Positions 22,793 to 33,159 of a DNA stretch of 34,908 nucleotides are shown one piece after another (positions within the stretch are counted from its first letter, which is position 1; the number at the start of each line of letters is the position of its first letter). Origin of the DNA: Octopus bimaculoides (Eukaryota). The notes beneath the pieces were generated by a model, which worked only from the letters and a program-made list of their open reading frames with translations, had not been told where the DNA came from and ran no database searches. Both the position numbers and the translations under genes were made by a program. The stretch covers positions 5,255,268 to 5,290,175 of the forward strand of contig NC_068991.1 in NCBI RefSeq assembly GCF_001194135.2, read 5' to 3'.

Positions 22793-24799
22793 GTACATAC
22801 ATAAGTATACACAACTCTCTAGCTAGCTAACTTACTACGCAAATGTATTCGAATCGGGCAAATTGCCGAAGAATTCTATCGATTTTTGCCCATTCCATTG
22901 TTAGTATTCGTACTATATATGCGCCTAAGCCTTACCCTTAAACCTAGAAATGCATCATACACACATACACATACACGCACAGACACCTTCATATAATGGA
23001 TAGGTAGATATTTGTGTATATAAATACATACATATATATATGTATGTGCGTGTGTGAGTGTATTGAAAGATACAGGTAGTGAGAGAATGGGAGGAGAGAG
23101 ATCAAATATTCGAGCTTTTGTAAAACTAATTTGCTATCGAAAATAAGAACAGCAATGTATTTAGTGCTTCCCAAGCAATTGTTAGTGGTTCACAATTGTA
23201 TTTGCTGTCTCAAATTAGCTTTGCAAACTTGTAACTTTTAATATCGTTTTATTAAAATCATAGCCTTTGACAAATGATATACGCAAAAATATACATACAC
23301 ACACACGCACAAACACGCACCCGCACACACAAACACAAATATATGTATGTATGTATGTATATATCTACGTATATATGTTTGTGTGTGTATGTTTATAGAC
23401 GTACTGTCGGGTAATCAAACGAATGAACATGCGCTCAGTTCATTATTAGTCTTTCGGAATATTTCACTCCTGCTTCGCTATTGTTGTCGTATTACATGAC
23501 TTAATATAAAGATATGCGTTGTTTTAAATATAAATATACATGTATATATACATTCAGGTATGCATACATATATACAATTACGTACGTATGTAAGTATATA
23601 TATATAGATATATATAGTTGAGCAAAGGTATATGTACGCTGCTATATGTATATATAGATATGAAAAAAAAATGGAACAGAAACGTAATAGAAGACAATAA
23701 AACATCCGGACCGATAGACGATACAAAGACGGACAGGAAGAATAACAATTAAAGCGACAGGAAAGGACGGGTCATTCGTAGCAATCTTTCGTCAGTCACG
23801 TTACCAGATGTTCTCACAGCTTCGGGCATTTACACTTGAGACTGTTCGATCTCAGGGATCGAGGTGTAGAAAGAAAGTTAGCTTCGAGCATTTCGTAGTG
23901 AATATGAAAAAACAATTTTCAGGAACAATAGTCGTTTATTGAGACGGAAGTTTGCGGATATTATTTCTTTTTTCGAAGAATGATGAGCTTAAAAAAGGGT
24001 CGTTTTATAATCCACGCGATTGATTGGTTAAATTTAACGAATTAAGTAACAAAAATTGATATCTGAATTAACGGTAATTCTATAATGCACTAATTAATGT
24101 ATAGAGCACATTATTTATAAAAATTTCAATATATATCATCATTCTATGAAAACACGCCACTCGGCAATGCGACCATGGGTTTCGAAAGAAGGACTCATGC
24201 TGCATTTTGAGTTCGGATTACGCCTCGGACTGTTTAAGTTCAGTACTCGACGTCAGATCGTTGGTTAACCTAACGCACGTGTATTAGCAGATAGCTTTAG
24301 ACGTTTTTGCATGGATTACTAATCCCTTACTGCTAATTATTTCTTTTGATCCGTGCATACGTGTGTAATTATATACAATTGGCAAACAATGAAAGATGGG
24401 AATGTATGCACAAAACCACATTTGGTGGATCGATGTCTCCTTTGTTCCCATAATTATTATACTCTCGTTGCTTTCATGCGTTGTAGCACAATTATTAGGC
24501 GTTCCACTCACGCAGACGGATTACCGACATTTTCTAGTGCACAGCTTGATAATGAAGATGAATTGAAATAATATATAAATATATATATATATANNNNNNN
24601 NNNNNNNNNNNNNNNNNNNNNNNNNNNNNNNNNNNNNNNNNNNNNNNNNNNNNNNNNNNNNNNNNNNNNNNNNNNNNNNNNNNNNNNNNNNNNNNNNNNN
24701 NNNATATATATACAGATATATGTATGTATGTATACACACACAAATATATATACATATATATATTATATATATCGGTGTCATATGATATAGATCCTAGAA

Positions 24800-25865
24800 A
24801 GGATGCGGCCCATGAGGTCAGTTCATACGGCCCACCACCACATTGTATCTTTTGTGTAAGTACCAGCTATGAGAGTTCATTCCTGCACCGATCGTGTTTT
24901 AATTTGCATTGCCGTACTTAAAATTCTCTTCCCGAGAAAGTTCGCTGAGAATGAATCTGTCACTCGTACATCTTACAAAAATAGTGCATAAGATGGCCGA
25001 GCGAGGAAAGCCATTTACTGGTGGCAACTTCATGAAAGAGTGTATGAGGGAAACAACAGGTGCCTTCTGTCCTGAGAAAACCTATTCACAGCAGTGAGGT
25101 GGCTCTGTTGAGGTAAAGTCTTCCTTTGTTTTTATTAATTCCGAAGAGAAATAGATATTGCTATTTGGAGCAGCTCTATCATTTCGTCACCGAAAATGAT
25201 AAGAGCTGCCCCACTTCTGTCAGATTCTATTTGGCTGTCAAAGTTGTCATTTTAGGTTGACATCACATGTCACATGAATTAATTGAACTTGAAATTTCAG
25301 GTAAAGGATAACCTTATCTGTGATCTCTACAAAATCATCAAAGGATTTCGGAGAAAGCTATCATTGTTTGAATCAGAACTAGAAGGAAGAAAATTCTCTA
25401 ATGTTTAGTGTTTCAAAGAGATTCGCGCTGGAATCGCAGAAAATGCTAACCTTGACTTTACGAATTAGATTATTCGTGTCTTAAACAAGCATATTATGGA
25501 GAGATTTTCAGATGTCGACAGAAATGAGAAAGACATTCTTCTGTTCCAGAATCCGTTTGATTGTAAATTTGATAACGTGCCAGTCGAACTACAGTTGGTA
25601 CCCAGTGATTTCCAACAAACAAATGGCTTGTTGAAAGAGAATCAAGGAAAACCAAAGGTTGTTGAATGTTATCGCTGTGTACCTGATAATGTGTTTTCAA
25701 AGTTGAAGAAATTTGCCTCTGGTTTGACATGAGTGTTTGGAACAACTTATGTCTGCGAGCAAACATTTTCAAAGGTGAAGAATGTGAAATCAGCACATTG
25801 ATCGAGGTTGACGGATAAACATTCGAAAGCAATACTCTAGGTTGGATGCAGCAATTCCAAAGCAA
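24800..25865 (+). mobile_element. Internally deleted, pseudogenised hAT transposon (Buster/SPIN/Charlie, GTF2IRD2-like transposase)
   Basis: N-part KMAERGKPFTGGNFMKECM...CPEK; mid-part LNLKFQVKDNLICDLYKIIKGFRRKLSLFESEL; LLFQNPF; and hAT dimerisation motif FGTTYVCEQTFSKVKNVKS..SRLTDKH. Stops, frameshifts and a large internal deletion are present, with subterminal cggccc motifs near 24805-24832. Confidence 0.88.
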
Positions 25866-25929
25866 CCTCTACCACATTTGTCAGTAACTCCGTCACGAAG
25901 TCGTTTGTCTGTTCTTAAATTACCGTCTT

Positions 25930-26200
25930 ACCCCGATATTAGATCGAGTCTGATCCTCAATCCGAGGAGCTGTTTCAGTTAAACAATCACATCAGATCCA
26001 TATAGCAATATAATCTCCATAGTTATAAGGGTAGCTTCTTCACCACTTACGTTTGACTCTGTCACGGATTATTTTCACTGTAGATGTCGCCAGCTTTAAT
26101 GCTATTTTTGCGAAGTTCGTGATTTGTCACTCCCACATAAAGTATTGTAAATACGTCAAGTTTAATATCCAGTGCCATGTTTTTACCTTTTCTTTTTGCA
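25930..26200 (-). mobile_element. Tigger/pogo transposase N-terminal (HTH_psq / CENP-B HTH) remnant
   Basis: Frameshifted minus-strand reading: KNMALDIKLDVF...KIALKLATSTVKIIRDRVK, then MEIIL..IWI. Confidence 0.5.
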
Positions 26201-27326
26201 CTAATGTCTTTAGTTCCTCGTAATGGTTTTTATTTTATTTTATTTTACTCCAGACGTCTATTATAGGTAAATCAAAATCGGACAGCGAACCATAATTATC
26301 CTTAAAAATAAGTAGTGAAAAATAACCCGAGGAAGAAGTGTTTTGTAAGAGAAACATATATCTTGTTACTGTGAATGTAAAAATGGAGATAAGAGAAAGC
26401 AAGAGAGAAGGAATGAGATGTGAGAATAAAGAATTAATTGAAGGATTACTAGTCTCATGGTCACTTAACCCTTTACACAACCCGACGTTAGACCTAAAAT
26501 TCCAAGCTCTAGTACCGCCGACAAATACACACACACACACAGAGACACACACACACTTCGTTGTGGTGACATAAAACATATGGAGCTACACACGTTGCTA
26601 TCCTGCTGATGCTGTAACTCATTCAGTTAGTTATGAGTTAGTGTTGATCGTAGTGGTGTGTTGTAATGGTGGTGATGGTGNNNNNNNNNNNNNNNNNNNN
26701 NNNNNNNNNNNNNNNNNNNNNNNNNNNNNNNNNNNNNNNNNNNNNNNNNNNNNNNNNNNNNNNNNNNNNNNNNNNNNNNNNNNNNNNNNNNNNNNNNNNN
26801 NNNNNNNNNNNNNNNNNNNNNNNNNNNNNNNNNNNNNNNNNNNNNNNNNNNNNNNNNNNNNNNNNNNNNNNNNNNNNNNNNNNNNNNNNNNNNNNNNNNN
26901 NNNNNNNNNNNNNNNNNNNNNNNNNNNNNNNNNNNNNNNNNNNNNNNNNNATTACTATTATTATTATTATTTGCAGTAGTAGTGGCAGTGGTGGTGGTGG
27001 TGGTGATGGTAATGGTGGTGGTGTTGCTGCTGCTGCTGGGGTTGGTGGTGGTCGGGGTGTCGGTGTTGTTGTTGGTGGTGGTGGTGGAAGTAGTGGTCGT
27101 GGTAGTGACGTTGGGATATTGCCGACGGTGTTGACAGACAATTTTTGTAATTGCATTTTTGTTGGTGTTTAGTCCCAAGTCAGCTCTCTTTTAAAATACA
27201 AAAGTACAAAACAGTCTTGAATGACTGTTTCTCAGCTTGGAAAAAGTGATTATTTTGTTCATAATATGATTGATGTTTTTGGTAGTTATGGCGGTGTGAA
27301 TAACAGATTATGTTGGTGGCGAGAGT

Positions 27327-27352
27327 AAAGGTCGATATACACACAAACACAA

Positions 27353-27388
<36 letters not shown>

Positions 27389-27424
27389 ATAAGTATGTGT
27401 GAGCGTGTATGTATATCGACCTTT
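27327..27424. repeat. Perfect 14-bp inverted repeat around a 70-nt AC/AT/GT spacer
   Basis: aaaggtcgatatac (27327-27340) and gtatatcgaccttt (27411-27424). Confidence 0.9.
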
Positions 27425-28082
27425 GTATCGCTGGAGGTAATTGTGAATCCGTCACTAACGACTCATTGGGAAATAGATACACGTTTTGTATGCGAATATT
27501 TGTGTGTATTGAATAGGTTTGCATATAAGTGTGTATCTACCAAAATACTTATCTATCTTATGTCAAAGCCAGTCATTCTCTCTGTCTACCTATCAATACC
27601 TTTTTATATTTCGCTCTACGCATATATANNNNNNNNNNNNNNNNNNNNNNNNNNNNNNNNNNNNNNNNNNNNNNNNNNNNNNNNNNNNNNNNNNNNNNNN
27701 NNNNNNNNNNNNNNNNNNNNNNNNNNNNNNNNNNNNNNNNNNNNNNNNNNNNNNNNNNNNNNNNNNNNNNNNNNNNNNNNNNNNNNNNNNNNNNNNNNNN
27801 NNNNNNNNNNNNNNNNNNNNNNNNNNNNNNNNNNNNNNNNNNNNNNNNNNNNNNNNNNNNNNNNNNNNNNNNNNNNNNNNNNNNNNNNNNNNNNNNNNNN
27901 NNNNNNNNNNNNNNNNNNNNNNNNNNNNNNNNNNNNNNNNNNNNNNNNNNNNNNNNNNNNNNNNNNNNNNNNNNNNNNNNNNNNNNNNNNNNNNNNNNNN
28001 NNNNNNNNNNNNNNNNNNNNNNNNNNNNNNNNNNNNNNNNNNNNNNNNNNNNNNNNNNNNNNNNNNNNNNNNNNNNNGTATA

Positions 28083-28120
<38 letters not shown>

Positions 28121-28407
28121 TGCGTGCGTACATGTGTGTGCGTGTGTGTGTGTGTATGTATATATGTACATGTGTATGTATGTATGTATGTATGTATATA
28201 TAAAAGGAAGAGTCAACTCTCCCATTATTGCAAAAGTTGAGACGTTTCCAGCCAGAGTGTATCTAGAATATCTTTAAATCCGAAGATATACACAGCTAAT
28301 TTTTAGAACCTTTTCTTTGCGAAGAGATATTTTTTTTTATAGTTGGAATTTACAAAAAAAAAAAAGAAAAAAAAAACTTAATAAATAAAAATTAAAATAA
28401 ACAAATC

Positions 28408-29222
28408 AAGAGATGTATTAGTTTAACGCTCGGGAATTCAATAACATTAACTGTGAACGGTTCTTCGACTTACGTCGTTGATGCTTTTGCATTTAATTTT
28501 CTTCTCTTGTATTTGACTTGCTGCTCTGTTTATTTAAGCATGTATCCTCCAATATATACACATACATATGTCTGTTTGCTCGCACGTGTGTGTATATACT
28601 ATGAGAAAAAAGATATCTAAAGAATACCAGCTGAGACGATTTAGGTGATATAAGCTATTGATCTATTGCTTTGTTTTCTTTAATCATATCTGTAAATATT
28701 GTCATTTTTATATGTTAACGACTATCATTACATTCATATCCTGCCTAAAACATAAATTGACGCGAGAGTTTCTCAGAATAAGTTACATACAATTGCAGAT
28801 AATTGTAATGTATTTTCATTTATTTACGGGAGAGGAACCATATATAATTTCACTTGCTAAAAAACAAAGGAAGTTATTGAAAAATGGGAGCGGACTCATG
28901 CGCACATATATCCATTCGCACATACATACATACATACATGCATGCAAAAATACATACATACATACATACATACATACATACATACACACACACACGCACA
29001 CAAAACCATACTTTTTTTTTATATATAAAGAAGAGTTACAGATATCACATGTATAACATGTTGAGTCCATTTATATGTCTGCAGTCATGGTTGATCGCTA
29101 GCCACTAAACTTCATTTTTTATTTTATCTCCTTGTTTATTTCTGTGTTCCCTTCTGTTGAAGAGCGTAGGCTCGAAACATGAGATTTTCTCACTTCCCGA
29201 GCGTTAAACTAATACATCTCTT
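28408..29222. repeat. Perfect 29-bp inverted repeat pair, 757 bp apart
   Basis: aagagatgtattagtttaacgctcgggaa (28408-28436) is the exact reverse complement of ttcccgagcgttaaactaatacatctctt (29194-29222). Confidence 0.92.
29152..29201 (+). ncRNA. Degenerate type I hammerhead-ribozyme-like motif (Penelope pLTR type)
   Basis: Order is stem I, UUGAAGA, short hairpin, GAAAC, hairpin, UUC, stem I'. It deviates from the canonical core (C3 to U) and the stems contain mismatches. Confidence 0.4.
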
Positions 29223-30100
29223 CGGAGAGTTTACTCTTCCTTTTATTAGCTTTTAAGCATTCATAGCTTTATTTACCATCAATGCTGTAATAGTCATATT
29301 TTCGAATTTCTTAAATTATTTGTACGCAATTATACCACTTCTTATCCATTTTCATAAGGAATTACTATAATGTTTCTCGAAACACAGGTGCTTGCTTTGT
29401 CAAGTCTGTACATAAATTCTGATTTTGTAAAAAAAGTGGATATTAATAAAAGATGTGGCCAATTGTCGCATTGCACTGATCTTCAGTCGATATTTGATGG
29501 CTATATTTAATACTAGATTCTTGGGGTTTTCTCTTGTTTTCAAATGATTGTTGTTTTTTTTAAGCTTGGCATTATACGCTTAAAATCGAATCAAATTCTG
29601 CATTTAGGCCAGACATTTTTTTTTTTTACCTATTGTTGACTTTCGTTCTGGCAAAAATTATTCTCTATATTTCCCGCAGGCATTGGCCACACTGTTTGTT
29701 TGTTTTTTATGTGTGTTTTTCTTTCAATCCCTTTTGCATCATTGTATTTTTAAATTTCATTTCTATGTTGACCTTTGATTCTTAAAAAAATTCTATTATT
29801 TTCCTCACCTAATATAACTTCTGTGTAAATAGATTTTATATATATAAAAAACAAAACGTTTCTTTCTTTATACAGAGAGAAAACTTTACTTCTTTAACTC
29901 ATATTGTATTGTTTGGTTATTGAATTTCACGAAACATTCGCAGTATTTTTACAATCACTTTCCTGTTGGTACACTAGTAGTATTAAGTTTGAATTTACAT
30001 CACATGTCCCAAAACTCATATCACATATCCCTAAACAGACAGACAGGCAAACGGACAAACGGACGGCCGGAGGGAGGATGGGCGGACAGACAGACAGACC

Positions 30101-30102
<2 letters not shown>

Positions 30103-30154
<52 letters not shown>

Positions 30155-30291
30155 AAGATGGATAGATACATACAAACATACATACATTCATACATACATA
30201 TATTCATACATACATACATCATACATACATACATACATACACACATACATACATACATACATACATACATCATACATACATACCCACATAC

Positions 30292-30322
<31 letters not shown>

Positions 30323-30345
30323 CATACATACATACATACATACAT
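30103..30345. repeat. (GATA)n followed by (TACA)n tetranucleotide tracts
   Basis: Direct inspection. Confidence 0.95.
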
Positions 30346-30851
30346 AGACAGTGTCCATCCTTATGTCCCAGTAATTTCTTTCATTTCATGATGGACATAT
30401 CAATCGTCGATTCCTCCACAGAGATATTCTCTGACATGCGTGGTGCCACTAAACCATATCTAACGATGCCACCGATATGTGATTAGCAACATTTGAAAGC
30501 GAAATATTCTAAAGACCATCTTCCCAGAGACAATCTGACGGCTTCAGACGTTTGATTACGAAAAATTCCCGTTATAATTTTCTGATCATTGTAACCACAC
30601 TCAGACACGCACGCCCACATAAGACATACATACATATACACGATGCCTCGCAAACACACACACACACATACATACACACACACACACACACTCACACACA
30701 ATCGTGGCATACCCAGATGCTCTGCCTGTATCTCTCTTGACATAACATCTAAATATATATATATATACATATAAACACACACACATATAAATGTATATAT
30801 ATATATATGTGTGTGTGTATATATATACATATATTTATGTATGTATGCATA

Positions 30852-30891
<40 letters not shown>

Positions 30892-30896
30892 TGTGT

Positions 30897-30949
<53 letters not shown>

Positions 30950-31349
30950 AATGCATACGTGTCATACACAATTTTCATTCATACATATATACGTAAGTAC
31001 ATATACATACATCTACGTACATACACACACATTTACCCACACACACGCATTGACACGCACACACACATAGATTTGCAAACTATTACACTCGTCCGTTTTG
31101 CCGGTCAATAATTTTTGATCTGGCAATTGTTCATTTCTAGCTTTAACATGTCTGATACGGTTTAGTAGTTTATTTTCTGATCACCAGGTTGGATAATTTA
31201 CCGATTTACTCGTCCATTTCTCTCTCCCAATGTCCACAAATTTGCGTATAATATGCGTATATACTACATAATATGGAAGGACAGTGTCGCTATCTATTTG
31301 CATTCGGTCATATAAATTGAGGCTCTGAAATCATATCTCAACAAGAAGT

Positions 31350-31850
31350 ATGGTATTCTGTTCTCAGTATGAGATGGATTTTATTTAAAAGAAGCTGCTT
31401 CTCCATTCAATTTTTGGCGAATGCAGCTTTGGCTTGGAGGAAATGTTGTCATGAGAGAATGTCCGATTGTCATCGAATGTGTTCACTCTGAATTGTAAAA
31501 CCTTGCAGCTGATGGCTAATTAACTGTTCAAACTCGCCTCCTAACTTCAAGCTTAACTCCTCTCTCTTCAGCTCCTCCCATTCTGCCCTCAAGGTTTCGA
31601 TTACACTCTTCTCTGCAGAATTCTGACCTCGATCAGGATTTATCTACTTTGTCTTCTCAAAACGCAGAGCTGCATTCAGCCACAGCTTTGTCAGGAGGAT
31701 ATAACGGGCCCAGCTTTCGATAGCAGTATTGGTTCTGAAAATCGTGATCGAGCGATCTTTCGGCATTATAGCACAACGTGTGGTGTTCGTCTACACTGAG
31801 CTCGCTTTGGGACACCAGCGTTAGGGATTGACAGTCGTACCGCCACAGAT
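31350..31850 (-). mobile_element. Possible decayed L1/Tx1-type LINE ORF2 endonuclease-RT linker
   Basis: GC-richer unique block. One minus frame with several stops reads ...KSVIETLRAEWEELKREELSLKLGGEFEQLISHQLQGFTIQSEHIR*...HFLQAKAAFAKN, loosely like the Tx1 linker L..L.....G..IRS...YF....K. Confidence 0.3.
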
Positions 31851-32335
31851 AAACTCCCCAATCAACACTAACCTCCACAAAGAGTCACACGTCGATAGCA
31901 TAAAATGTACTTAATGGAAAGTAGACTTTCGACCAAGTCTACTTTCACACCCCACGACTGAGCCTCTTACGGTAAATTGAATCTTCTTTCTCCTTCCTCG
32001 GGTGCACATATGTGTTTATGAGTGTGTCTGCGCACCAGCGTGTTCGTATTTACGTCCTTTAAAATATGAATGCGATAATCTAACAAACTCAACAATATTT
32101 TCTGGTTTCGTGATAATCTACTATATAATCAACTAAACATTTGGAGACAATGCTACAGCATGGTCTCTAACCATTGACAGGGACCAATTAAAAAAAAGGA
32201 ACAATTAATATTTCAAACGATCCTTTCTGATATATTTGTTAGTTTGGAAACTTTTTCTTTATCTTCTTTTGAGCCCAACGAAACGAAACCATTATTTTGT
32301 AATTTTTATGCTTTATATTCCTAAAAGCTTTATGT

Positions 32336-32369
32336 CTCATACTTTTCTTCTCTTCTGTTTCAGGTAAGT
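32336..32369 (+). promoter_or_regulatory. Candidate recursive splice site (branch point, polypyrimidine tract, CAG|GTAAGT)
   Basis: CTCAT (branch A at 32339), 18 of 19 pyrimidines at 32342-32360, CAG at 32361-32363 and GTAAGT immediately after at 32364-32369. Confidence 0.45.
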
Positions 32370-32749
32370 GATCCAAATGTGATCCAGTTTCTTCTTTCGC
32401 TGCACGAAAACTAGTTTCTAAAGTTCATCATTTGAAAGGTAAAGTTTTCCGTTCATTTTCCACGGGAGAAAAATCATATGTTCTATATATTAGATATATT
32501 ATCATATATTGTTTAAAATCAGTGTTAAGATACGATTCCACCTGAGGTGATGCCGTCGATCAAAATCTTCGAGTTCCGAGGATTTATTACTCTGCATTAA
32601 ATTGGGTCCAATCTAAACACATGCTTTTCCGAGTATATGATCATGTGATGCAGACAATTCTATCATTCCTGTTATCATCTCTTTCTTCTCGCTCTCCTCC
32701 ACGTCAGCATCGTCTTTCTGTTAAATGTATTATTATCGTTATGGTTCAG

Positions 32750-32830
32750 ATGTGGACAGCAGAACATGTGGGAATATTTTCATTTACAGTACTTTATTTT
32801 CTGCGTTCAAATCCCGTTATGTCATTTTTC
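32750..32830 (+). mobile_element. Highly degenerate SINE head fragment
   Basis: tactttattttctgcgttcaaatcccgtt resembles the family segment tctttacgttctgagttcaaattccgcc. Confidence 0.35.
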
Positions 32831-33101
32831 ATGAGTTGATAAAATAGTTCTTGTCACATCTTAGAATCGATAAAAAATACACTGATCGCTGTCTTTTCCA
32901 AATTTCAGAGAGATTTAGCTGCTATTTTTACCAAGTCGAACTACCATATGAAGGCTTCTTGCTCAAGATTCGCACTTCTCACTATTCATTTCGATATGAG
33001 ACGATTTGGTATAGCTATTTTGGCGTCAGCTATTTGGCGTCGTTCATTCGACGCTGACTTACTTGACATCACCCATCACACATGTTTGTCACGTTTCCTC
33101 A

Positions 33102-33159
<58 letters not shown>

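Noticed and set aside
21850-22960. Telomere-like ttaggttagagg and ccttacccttaaaccta motifs
   Set aside because: Only 2-3 degenerate units each; not an interstitial telomeric array.
23690-23900. Possible second hammerhead or PLE terminus (ttcgagc/ttcgggc motifs, small hairpins)
   Set aside because: I could not assemble the core and three stems in the correct order on either strand.
25280-25310. Second AG|GT juxtaposition (aaatttcag|gtaaag)
   Set aside because: No polypyrimidine tract; it lies inside the hAT transposase coding remnant.
31657-31878. 73-aa Cys/Tyr-containing minus-strand ORF as a host exon
   Set aside because: No convincing splice signals; a neighbouring frame better fits a decayed LINE linker.
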